A DNA stretch of 64,000 bases from Eubacteriales bacterium (lineage in GTDB: Bacteria; Bacillota; Clostridia; Oscillospirales; CAG-272), in the NCBI GenBank assembly GCA_045632145.1, contig JAZQWB010000030.1:48333-112332 (forward strand), written 5' to 3'. The position numbers and the translations under genes are program-made. Shown in pieces: positions 1 to 8,135 of this stretch (position 1 is its first letter; every line of letters starts with the position of its first letter). Below the pieces are notes generated by a model. It was not told the origin of the DNA and made no database searches. It saw only the letters and a list, made by a program, of their open reading frames with translations.

Positions 1-2
1 GC

Positions 3-395
3 TATGGCAAGCCTTACATCAAGCTCGATGCAGAGCATTACAAGAGTATGAGCCTTGCAAAACGCGATAATTACGAGCAGATTTATAAGAAGGATCACGT
101 ATCCAAGGTGCTTGACGAGAGCGTTAGACCTATGATGCAGAAGATGTATTATCAGCTTCTCGGTGATCTTAAGGCAGGGAAGAAGTCCTCGCCCATTTAT
201 AAGCATCACGTTGATTTCGTGACCGCAAATCACTATGCACACAGTATGCCTTATATAGAAAACGAGCCTAATCAGATCGTTGTTGACTATATCGCATCTA
301 TGACTGATGACTATTGCACAGAGCTCTATAAATTCCTGTTCCCCACAAGCAAGGTGGATATTAAGTATAACGGATATTTTGAGGATCTTGAATAA
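3..395 (+). CDS. dGTP triphosphohydrolase-like HD-domain protein, C-terminal fragment (5' end outside window)
   Basis: Frame is open from the window edge to the stop at 393-395. The C-terminal ...VVDYIASMTDDYCTELYKFLF resembles the tail of dGTPase-like HD phosphohydrolases. Confidence 0.6.
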   Translation, partial: YGKPYIKLDAEHYKSMSLAKRDNYEQIYKKDHVSKVLDESVRPMMQKMYYQLLGDLKAGKKSSPIYKHHVDFVTANHYAHSMPYIENEPNQIVVDYIASMTDDYCTELYKFLFPTSKVDIKYNGYFEDLE

Positions 396-403
396 TCAAA
401 TTA

Positions 404-431
404 AAATGCACTCTTCGGAGTGCATTTTTTT
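404..431 (+). terminator. rho-independent terminator
   Basis: aaatgcactc-ttcg-gagtgcattt hairpin followed by a T-run. Confidence 0.8.
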
Positions 432-622
432 GTTTGCTATATATATTTTTTTGAAGGATTAAGCAAAACCTATGTGCAATATTTACAAAAACAATTAAAC
501 ATATTTAGAATATTAGTCAATTTACTTTTTTAAAAATATGTGTTATTATATTATATATATAATAATTTTTTGCACGTTTTATTTAAAATTATTATTTAAA
601 ATTCTAAACGGAGGATTTTATC

Positions 623-3600
623 ATGGCAAAAAAACCAAATTGTACTATAAGATTGCTCATTGTTGCGATAGCAATAATGCTTCTTATAGGCATCACATCG
701 GTTGTAACCTTTGCTGCGGATAATGATGCGTCAAGCAACGGAATTGTTTCAGTAAGTTTATCGCTTGATGACAGCATTGTCGTTAAAATTCGCACCACTG
801 CAACCAATGATGATGGAGCTTTCCTGAAGATCAGTCATAATGGAAAGGTCAGCAAGATTACCACTAATTACGGAGGAGTATTCTCATACGTTGACATTGC
901 TCCTCAGAATTTTGGTGATGAGCTTACCGCCGTATTGTATGCTAAAGACGGTAGTCAGATCGGTGCTCCTGTTACATTCAGTGTAAAGTCTTATTTGAAG
1001 GCACTTCTCGCTCTTGATTATGAGAGCAGCGGTTGTGATACCGAATTAGAGTACAGCGCAATGCGTGAGCTTGCGGTAAATCTGCTTAATTACGGTGCAG
1101 CAGCACAGACTTACACGGGTCATAAGGCTGACACGCTTGTGAATGCAGATCTCAGCGACGAGCTTAAGGCTCTTGCCGGCGCTCCTATATCCGTAACAAC
1201 CACTGACAAGGCTGTTAACGGTGATGCTTGGGTAGGCGCAGGTGTTCGTTTTGACTTCAGACTTGGTATTTACTATGTATTTGAGGCAGCATCGCTTGAC
1301 GGAGTTACTGCTACCATTAATGGTGTGAATGTTATTCCCGAGATTTACGATGCAAGTAAAAATCAGTATATCATCCGTTACAGCAGCTTTGGTGCTGATG
1401 AGATGAACAACGTTTTTACGGCGAAGCTTAATATTGGTGGAGCAGAGCAGACCTATTCTTATAGTATCAAGTCCTACGTTGCCGCAAAGGGTGGAGATGA
1501 TTCCGCACTTGCAAAGCTTGTTAATGCTGCTTATACATACGGATATGCGGCGGTTGCTTACGTTGGAGATATCATCTCTCTCGATCCTACCTTCGAAACT
1601 CCCGGTTACGTTGGTATTGATAGCAAGGGATATGATTTTACAGGCTCCAAGTATGAGGCTATGATTCTTCCTGCTCTTAATTATCAGGATTACACTATGA
1701 ATACAGTTGCTACCGCATCTGCTAATCCCAATGCTAAGGCAAGATTTACCTTAACTAAGGGTGCTTTCACTTACTCTGTTGACGTGACTGTTGATGACTG
1801 TATCAGAGTAAACGACAAGTATTATAGCATTTATGATTACGAGGCTCTTAACTCCGAGGGCATTGAGGTGACCTATAACAAGGATACAGGCTATACCTTC
1901 AGAGCAAAGACCGCACAGAATCTTACCTATCTTGCAGCTTACGGTAATGCGCTTACCGTAATTGGTGATATTACTATCACACGCGATACTGATGATTTGG
2001 TTATTGCTAATCAGCTTAATATCGGTACTGAAACCGAAAAGGCAACTGTAACCGTTAACAATGCCGCAGGTGCAACCCGTGCTATGAGATTTAATGACGG
2101 CGCAGGTCTTTATGTTGCGGAAAACAGCACACTGTCCATAACAAAGGGTGGTTCTTATTCTATCATTGGATATTCACAGGCTACATCTATCGTAGTTGAC
2201 GGTACTCTTAATACTCAGGGTATTATCAGACTTGAGAAGGGTGTTGTTCTTAACGAGAATTATGAGTATGGATTTGTTCCTGCACTCTTCGTTAGAAAGG
2301 GAACAGTAAATATTGACGGCGGTCAGGTTCTTTCCAACTCTATTCAGGTCGGTAGTGAGAGAGAGGGCTTTAAGGGTAATCTTATTATCACTCAGAATGC
2401 TGCAGGTGATAGAGCAGGATCCGGTGTTAGCGGTATTGTTTTAAATAACACTATCAGCTATGAAAACCGTACGTTAGCTCTTAGATACGTATTTGCAAAC
2501 GGTAAGGTATCTCTTACTGATAACACCACCGTTGGTCTTACAGCGATGGACGTGAGAACTAACAAGAGCGCTTATGTTGATTTTGGTTCCGGTATTGATG
2601 TTACCACCACGGGCGGCTACGTATATCTTGTAGGTACTTGGTCTGTTGCAGCAGATTACCGTTATGCTATTCATACCGATGCGAAGTTCACCGGTCCTCT
2701 TAGCGGTAATGCGTTGGTTTGTGTAGGTTATGCAACAAGCAATTACTTTATTAATTATACTGACGTAGAGCTTAAGGTTGACGGCGAAACCAAGCTTGTT
2801 CGTGTTGCTAGTTATACAACAGGATCTGCAAAGAGAAATATGGCAACCTCCTTGCTCACCGATAATGGTGATGGAACCAAGAGTATTGCTGATATTTCTG
2901 TTACAAGTGGCGAGTATCTTACCACAGCAGATGCACCTCTTGCCCTTGGCAACCAGGGCAACTTCAACAAGGCTGTATATAATGGAACCGAGATTTATTA
3001 TAAGGCTATTGGCAGTCATACTCATGCTACTGAAACCACAGTTGATAAGGTTGATTCTACCTGTAAGGTAGAGGGTCATGAGGCATACTATGTATGTGAG
3101 TGTGGCAAGCTCTTCTCTGATGAGGCTTGCACAAATGAAATCGCTGCTCCTGCTGTTATTCCTACAAAGGAACATACAGTGGTTGTTGATGCCGCTGTTG
3201 CTCCCACATGTAGTGAAAACGGACTTACTGAGGGTAAGCATTGTAGCGCTTGCGGTACTGTAACCGTACCTCAGAATATCGAGCTTGCACTTGGTCACCT
3301 TGATGCAAACTCCGACTTCGTTTGCGACCGTAACGGTTGTGGTGCTAAGCTTTGCACCAGTCATAATGAGGTTGTTGATGCCGGCAAGGACGCGACCTGT
3401 ACTGAGGACGGTCTTACCGAGGGCAAGCATTGTTCTATCTGCGGCGAGATCACTGTAGCGCAGACCGTTATCCCTTCTCCCGGTCATAACGAGGTTACAG
3501 ATGCGGCTGTTGCTCCTACCTGTACATCCACAGGTCTTACTGAGGGGAAGCATTGTTACAGATGTAATGAGGTGTTCACAGAGCAAACGGTTATCGATGC

Positions 3601-5224
3601 TATTGCTCACAAGAATGCAACATATGTAGAGCTTGTTGATGCAAGCTTCGAGAGCGAGGGCGTTGTTGCTCACTATGCATGTCCTGATTGCGGTAAGTAC
3701 TATCTTGACGTTGAGCTTACAAAGGAGATTTCTTCTCCCATACTTCCTAAGCTTGATACTGTTAAGTATACTACCGCAACAACAAGACCTGCTTTTGCTA
3801 CAACTCTCACACTTGATACCATATTCACTCTTGTCAGTGACGAGATCGAGTATTCTGTCCCCGTTCAGGTTGACAGCATGCTTGTTGTTGATAGAGGCGA
3901 GGGTGAAATCGTTGTAACAAAGTATGACTACCAGAAGCTCAACACCGATATTGTAACCGTAACTTACGATGAAGTAACCGGTTATACATACTCTGTAGCT
4001 GAAGGCCAGACCGAAACCGGTATTACAGGTATTGGTATCCGTTCTGCGGGTAGAGATCTTACTATCACCGGTTCTGTTGAGATTATTGGTGCTGCAAGAT
4101 TTGGTACTAATACAAATCTTATAATCGGTACAGACGATAAGCCCGCTCACGTTAAGTTTGAAGTTACCACAGCAGATACAAACGGTCTTGGTATTTGGGA
4201 CGGTGCTGACCTGACAGTAAACAAGGGAAGTACTCTTGATGTAAAGAATGTTAGTGACAACACTATTTACATTAATGCAAAAGCATCGATAATTACTATT
4301 GCAGGAACATTGACCTCAAACAGCACTATTAATTCCAACGGTTGTACATTTAATGTAACATCTACTGGTTCGGTTGTTACTAAGCAATCCTTCTATAATA
4401 ACGGAGATACAACTCTTAATGTTGACGGTTACTTTGAGGCAACCTACCTTTACATTAAGTCTAATGGTTATGTTACTGTTGGTGGTGAATTGGTTCTTAA
4501 AGCCGATGGAAAGACAACTACAATTGCCGGAGCTGCAGCAGCAAACTCTGACTATGAATATGGCTTCAGACCTCGCCTTCTCGTTTTGGGTACTTTAACT
4601 GCAAACGGCGTTATCAACTGTAACTCCATTCAGGTTGGTAGTGAAAAGGATAATAGATCCGGAGTAATGAATCTTAAACACAGCGGAAATAACGTTGTTG
4701 TTATTAACAAATCTGATGTTAGAATTGTTTTTGCTAAGGGCGAAGTAAATCTTCTCAATACTGCAACCGGAAAGTGTGCTTTTGATGTTGGTAACCAGAA
4801 TGCCACTACCAATGTAGTGATTAAGAGCGGAATGACATTCAATACAAACGTAAATTACGGAAGTATCATAGGTGAATGGAAGAACGGAACCTATAGCGTT
4901 TATATTGAGGACGGTGTAACCTTTAACGGCTCAGTTAATAACTTTACCGCTATGTCAAGCAACACTAAGACAATGTACTTCTTCAGAACAGAAACCGTAA
5001 CTATTGATGGAGTTGAAAAGGCGGTTACTCTTGCATGCTCCAATCCTTCTACAGGAACAGCGGGTTACTATTCTTACGATGCTATCAATAGTATGAACCC
5101 TGTAGTGGCAGGTGCAAATTACGTTTCTACATCTGAAACCGCAACCTACGGTGATCTCGGTAGCTTCATCAAGGCTACCTACACCGATGAGAGCGGTACT
5201 GTTCACACAATTTATTATCAGTAA
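623..5224 (+). CDS. 1,533-aa secreted repeat protein of unknown family (two paralogous large modules flanking His/Cys repeats)
   Basis: GGAGG sits 8 nt upstream of the ATG. Signal peptide ...LLIGITSVVTFAADN. Internal duplication (YEYGF[VR]P...NSIQVGSE occurs twice). No anchor motif recognised. Confidence 0.9.
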   Translation: MAKKPNCTIRLLIVAIAIMLLIGITSVVTFAADNDASSNGIVSVSLSLDDSIVVKIRTTATNDDGAFLKISHNGKVSKITTNYGGVFSYVDIAPQNFGDELTAVLYAKDGSQIGAPVTFSVKSYLKALLALDYESSGCDTELEYSAMRELAVNLLNYGAAAQTYTGHKADTLVNADLSDELKALAGAPISVTTTDKAVNGDAWVGAGVRFDFRLGIYYVFEAASLDGVTATINGVNVIPEIYDASKNQYIIRYSSFGADEMNNVFTAKLNIGGAEQTYSYSIKSYVAAKGGDDSALAKLVNAAYTYGYAAVAYVGDIISLDPTFETPGYVGIDSKGYDFTGSKYEAMILPALNYQDYTMNTVATASANPNAKARFTLTKGAFTYSVDVTVDDCIRVNDKYYSIYDYEALNSEGIEVTYNKDTGYTFRAKTAQNLTYLAAYGNALTVIGDITITRDTDDLVIANQLNIGTETEKATVTVNNAAGATRAMRFNDGAGLYVAENSTLSITKGGSYSIIGYSQATSIVVDGTLNTQGIIRLEKGVVLNENYEYGFVPALFVRKGTVNIDGGQVLSNSIQVGSEREGFKGNLIITQNAAGDRAGSGVSGIVLNNTISYENRTLALRYVFANGKVSLTDNTTVGLTAMDVRTNKSAYVDFGSGIDVTTTGGYVYLVGTWSVAADYRYAIHTDAKFTGPLSGNALVCVGYATSNYFINYTDVELKVDGETKLVRVASYTTGSAKRNMATSLLTDNGDGTKSIADISVTSGEYLTTADAPLALGNQGNFNKAVYNGTEIYYKAIGSHTHATETTVDKVDSTCKVEGHEAYYVCECGKLFSDEACTNEIAAPAVIPTKEHTVVVDAAVAPTCSENGLTEGKHCSACGTVTVPQNIELALGHLDANSDFVCDRNGCGAKLCTSHNEVVDAGKDATCTEDGLTEGKHCSICGEITVAQTVIPSPGHNEVTDAAVAPTCTSTGLTEGKHCYRCNEVFTEQTVIDAIAHKNATYVELVDASFESEGVVAHYACPDCGKYYLDVELTKEISSPILPKLDTVKYTTATTRPAFATTLTLDTIFTLVSDEIEYSVPVQVDSMLVVDRGEGEIVVTKYDYQKLNTDIVTVTYDEVTGYTYSVAEGQTETGITGIGIRSAGRDLTITGSVEIIGAARFGTNTNLIIGTDDKPAHVKFEVTTADTNGLGIWDGADLTVNKGSTLDVKNVSDNTIYINAKASIITIAGTLTSNSTINSNGCTFNVTSTGSVVTKQSFYNNGDTTLNVDGYFEATYLYIKSNGYVTVGGELVLKADGKTTTIAGAAAANSDYEYGFRPRLLVLGTLTANGVINCNSIQVGSEKDNRSGVMNLKHSGNNVVVINKSDVRIVFAKGEVNLLNTATGKCAFDVGNQNATTNVVIKSGMTFNTNVNYGSIIGEWKNGTYSVYIEDGVTFNGSVNNFTAMSSNTKTMYFFRTETVTIDGVEKAVTLACSNPSTGTAGYYSYDAINSMNPVVAGANYVSTSETATYGDLGSFIKATYTDESGTVHTIYYQ
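3010..3700 (+). repeat. five divergent in-frame His/Cys repeats (H-x6-12-C-x8-9-HC-x2-CG, e.g. HTVVVDAAVAPTCSENGLTEGKHCSACG)
   Basis: Repeated peptide motif read from the translation of 623-5224. The DNA copies are diverged. Confidence 0.75.
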
Positions 5225-5242
5225 TGCGAAAGGAGTACTAAA

Positions 5243-6628
5243 ATGAATAGAATAACTAAAGTTTTATCAGCGATTGTTATAATTTTAATACTCGTCGCAT
5301 TTGCGGGTATGATCTACCTTAATGGTGGTTTTGATTTTAGTCACACTTGTGAGAGCGTCTGCTCCGAGTGCGGCAAGTGTACCGACGTTTCTTGCACCGA
5401 AACTGCTTGCGCAGAAAAGTGCGAGGGACATCAGGTTACACCTCCTGCACACATCTGTGAGAGCGTTTGCTCCGAGTGTGGTAAGTGCACCGATGCAGCT
5501 TGTACTGAATCTGCTTGTGCAAACAAGTGTGAGGGTCATCAGGTAACACCTCCTGCACACACCTGTGAGAGCGTTTGCTCCGAATGTGGTAAATGCACCG
5601 ATGCCGCTTGTACTGAATCTGCTTGCGCTAGCAAGTGTCAGGGACACGGTCCTCATGACTGTGAGAGCATTTGTAACGATTGTCAGAAATGTACCGATCT
5701 TGCTTGTACACATAGTGAGTGTGCAAACAAGTGCGATGGACATAATACCAATAATTCGGGTTATGCTTATCAGACATATCAGCTTAATCTTATGTCCTTC
5801 AACATTCGTACTTTTACTAACAATGATACAGGTAATACTCACTGGGATAAGCGTAAGGATGCACTTGTAAGCTTCCTCAACAATTCCGAGGCTGATATCA
5901 TTGGTATGCAGGAAGTTACAAAGACACAGTTCGAGTATATTCAGGCAAATCTTGCCGGCAATTACACTGCTCTTAATTTCCCCAGACAGGGTGGCTCAAA
6001 TCCCGAGGGTCTTTCATTCATTTATGATTCCACTAAGTTTGAGTTTGTTTCCTCTGAAAAGTACTGGCTTTCGGAGACTCCTGAGGAGCAGTCTTACGGT
6101 TGGGGTGAATCCTATTATCGTATTGCGGTAGTTCTTGTTCTCAGACACATAGAGACAGGCGAGATCGTTAAGTCTATAAACACCCACGGTCCTCTCCTTG
6201 ACGAGGCTAACGTAAAGGCATACGAGCTTATTATGGAAAGATCTGTAAACGAGGGTGATCCCTTCACATTCCTTTGTGGTGACTTCAATGCTACACCCGG
6301 TAATATCGGATACGTTGCTGTTGCTGAGGAGCTTCAGGACTGCCGCGTAAGCGCAGATTATAGCTCTGCTCGTGATCATGTAACCTTTACAGGTTGGGGT
6401 AGCTATGTTGACGGTGAAACACCTGATCATATCATCGACTTCTGCTTTGTATCCAAGGGCGATAATGTTGACGTTAAGTCCTACGAGGTTCGCACCGACA
6501 GATGGGGCGACGGAAATTATTATTCCGACCACTATGCAGTACAGACTGTTGTAGAAATCACCTACAAGAGTACCATTCCTTCGCAGGGAGGCAACGGCTT
6601 CGACGGTGAAATCGATACAGCAAAGTAG
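5243..6628 (+). CDS. membrane-anchored endonuclease/exonuclease/phosphatase (EEP) family protein with N-terminal Cys-rich repeats
   Basis: AAAGGAG RBS. N-terminal TM helix VLSAIVIILILVAFAGMIYL. EEP motifs GMQEV, CGDFNATP and YSDHYAV. Four CESVCSECGKCTD..C....C...C.GH repeats. Confidence 0.9.
   Translation: MNRITKVLSAIVIILILVAFAGMIYLNGGFDFSHTCESVCSECGKCTDVSCTETACAEKCEGHQVTPPAHICESVCSECGKCTDAACTESACANKCEGHQVTPPAHTCESVCSECGKCTDAACTESACASKCQGHGPHDCESICNDCQKCTDLACTHSECANKCDGHNTNNSGYAYQTYQLNLMSFNIRTFTNNDTGNTHWDKRKDALVSFLNNSEADIIGMQEVTKTQFEYIQANLAGNYTALNFPRQGGSNPEGLSFIYDSTKFEFVSSEKYWLSETPEEQSYGWGESYYRIAVVLVLRHIETGEIVKSINTHGPLLDEANVKAYELIMERSVNEGDPFTFLCGDFNATPGNIGYVAVAEELQDCRVSADYSSARDHVTFTGWGSYVDGETPDHIIDFCFVSKGDNVDVKSYEVRTDRWGDGNYYSDHYAVQTVVEITYKSTIPSQGGNGFDGEIDTAK
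5342..5743 (+). repeat. tandem in-frame 108-bp (36-codon) repeat: 3 close copies plus 1 divergent shorter copy
   Basis: Copies start at 5342, 5450, 5558 and 5654. Copies 2 and 3 are near-identical at the DNA level. Confidence 0.9.
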
Positions 6629-6642
6629 TTAAATAACACAAT

Positions 6643-6680
6643 AAATCGGAAGGGACTCGCGCCCTTCCGATTTATTTATT
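6643..6680 (+). terminator. rho-independent terminator of the EEP gene
   Basis: aaatcggaaggg...cccttccgattt stem followed by tatttatt. Confidence 0.8.
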
Positions 6681-6681
6681 A

Positions 6682-6716
6682 TAAAAAAGCACCCTGCAAA
6701 TCTGCAGGGTGCTTTT
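6682..6716 (-). terminator. rho-independent terminator of rpsR (hairpin usable in both directions)
   Basis: gcaccctgca-aatc-tgcagggtgc, with a T6 run on the minus strand. Confidence 0.8.
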
Positions 6717-6736
6717 CTCTCTTGTAAAACAAGAAA

Positions 6737-6994
6737 TTAGTTAGAAATGTAGGGAAGAAGTGCCATCTGGCGTGCTCTCTTGATAGCTACGGTGAGCTGT
6801 CTCTGGTGGAGAGCGCAGTTGCCGCTAACACGTCTGGGGAGAATCTTAGCTCTCTCAGAAGTGAACTTTCTAAGCTTAGCGATATCCTTGTAATCGATCT
6901 CGGTAACCTTATCCTGGCAGAAGATGCAAACCTTCTTTCTTCTGTGGTTCTGACGGAATGCAGGACGATTATTGTTTTCCATGAGTTTTATCAC
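6737..6994 (-). CDS. rpsR: 30S ribosomal protein S18
   Basis: RRKKVCIFC...IDYKD...[42 protein letters not shown]. Confidence 0.95.
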   Translation of the reverse strand: MIKLMENNNRPAFRQNHRRKKVCIFCQDKVTEIDYKDIAKLRKFTSERAKILPRRVSGNCALHQRQLTVAIKRARQMALLPYISN

Positions 6995-7065
6995 CTTTCC
7001 GACTCACGATTTCTATATTGCACCTACCACAGTGAGCCTAGTGGCAGATGGACGAGTTACCCAAA

Positions 7066-7518
7066 TTAGAAGGGAAGGCTCTCGTCGCCGGGAATTTCTT
7101 CGAACTCAGCACTGCTGGTGCTGTTGAAAGAGGGAGTACCGTATGCAGCGGGAGTGTAGCCCTGCTGAGCTCTCTCACCTGCCTGTGCTGCTGCGGGCGC
7201 GCCGAAGCTAACCTCGTCTGCAACAACCTCGGTAACGTATCTCTTCTGGCCGTTGTTGTCAGTCCAGTTTCTTGTCTGAATGCTACCGCATACGATGATG
7301 CTGGAGCCCTTCTTGAAGTAACGGGAAACAAACTCAGCCTGCTGACGCCATGCAACTATGTTGATGAAATCAACCGACTGCTGACCCTGATCAGCCTTGG
7401 AATAACGGCGGTTAACACCGATAGAGAAGCTACATACAGAAAGTCCGCTAGTAGTCTGCTTAAGCTCGGGATCTGCCGTCATGTGGCCCATAAGAATGAC
7501 CTTATTTAAATCTGCCAT
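7066..7518 (-). CDS. ssb: single-stranded DNA-binding protein
   Basis: MADLNKVILMGHMTADPELKQT... OB fold and acidic tail ...GDESLPF. The start at 7518 has an AAAGGA RBS, whereas the longer ORF start at 7539 has none. Confidence 0.93.
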   Translation of the reverse strand: MADLNKVILMGHMTADPELKQTTSGLSVCSFSIGVNRRYSKADQGQQSVDFINIVAWRQQAEFVSRYFKKGSSIIVCGSIQTRNWTDNNGQKRYVTEVVADEVSFGAPAAAQAGERAQQGYTPAAYGTPSFNSTSSAEFEEIPGDESLPF

Positions 7519-7575
7519 AGTTATATGCCATCCTTTCAATAAATAGTATGTGGTATTACCACTTTAATGCGTGCA

Positions 7576-7941
7576 TTAAGCCTCGGTTACTTCAACCTCA
7601 GCGGTAGCTGCGGGAGCTTCAACAACTTCCTCAGCCTTAGCTGCCTTCTCGATCTTGGTGGTGGTCATGTAACGAAGAACACCTTCGGTAATGCCAAGCA
7701 CACGCTCAAGCTCAAGAGGGAAGCTGGGTTCGCTCTTATAAGAAACAAGCACATAGTATCCTTCGGTTACGTAGTTGATAGGATATGCGAGTCTGCGCTT
7801 GCCCCACTCGTTAACAGTAACGTCAGAGCCGTTATCGTTAATGAGGTTAACGAACTTCTCAACAGTAGCAGTGATTACATCCTCAGCAAGGTTGCCGCTT
7901 ACTACGAAGAGAGTCTCGTAAGAACAAATCTTCTTTTCCAT
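7576..7941 (-). CDS. rpsF: 30S ribosomal protein S6
   Basis: YETLFVV...WGKRRLAYPI motif; first gene of the rpsF-ssb-rpsR operon; AAAGGAGG RBS. Confidence 0.95.
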   Translation of the reverse strand: MEKKICSYETLFVVSGNLAEDVITATVEKFVNLINDNGSDVTVNEWGKRRLAYPINYVTEGYYVLVSYKSEPSFPLELERVLGITEGVLRYMTTTKIEKAAKAEEVVEAPAATAEVEVTEA

Positions 7942-8020
7942 CTGAATTATACCTCCTTTTGGTCTTTTGGCTGTCTATAGACAGCAAGGGGTTGGACACA
8001 GTTGTCCAAACTACCAGAGT

Positions 8021-8049
8021 ATTATAGCACAAGTTTTTTTGTTTGTCAA
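8021..8049 (-). promoter_or_regulatory. sigma-A promoter of rpsF operon (TTGACA-17-TATAAT, TGn extended -10)
   Basis: The minus strand reads ttgaca aacaaaaaaacttgtgc tataat. Confidence 0.7.
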
Positions 8050-8076
8050 TAGTTAAAATAAATATTTTTTATATAG

Positions 8077-8105
8077 TTGATTTTTTTGAAAAAATATAGT
8101 ATAAT
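8077..8105 (+). promoter_or_regulatory. sigma-A promoter of ispE (TTGATT-17-TATAAT)
   Basis: ttgatt tttttgaaaaaatatag tataat, about 30 nt upstream of the ATG. Confidence 0.6.
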
Positions 8106-8135
8106 ATTTAAGATAAATGCAAAAGGAGTACCGAT

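Noticed and set aside
538-807. Small ORFs 538-723 (+) and 604-807 (-) at the start of the big surface-protein gene
   Set aside because: They lie in the AT-rich leader or overlap the signal-peptide region of the 623-5224 gene. They have no RBS, and their composition is an artefact of AT-rich DNA.
2474-4150. Very long antisense ORFs (558 aa here; also 13093-14706, 51164-52123, 58148-59020, 20104-20886, 57128-57904, 17038-17802, 56057-56734, 35487-36104)
   Set aside because: All of them lie opposite confidently identified genes. Those I phase-checked are in the codon-aligned mirror frame. Their translations are low-complexity and rich in Cys, Asn and Ile, with no RBS or motifs. They are explained by sense-strand avoidance of TTA, CTA and TCA codons rather than by overlapping genes.
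5342-5743. Reading the CxxCxxC-containing repeats as cytoplasmic ferredoxin-like 4Fe-4S domains
   Set aside because: The spacing (CxxCxxCxxxxC, no CP) differs from the ferredoxin motif. The single N-terminal TM helix with a positively charged N-terminus predicts an outside location. The question is kept open as a finding, but the ferredoxin annotation is not adopted.
7038-7509. ORFs 7038-7355 (-) and 7048-7509 (+) overlapping ssb
   Set aside because: The SSB reading frame (OB fold, DESLPF tail) clearly explains this region. The alternative frames have no recognisable features.
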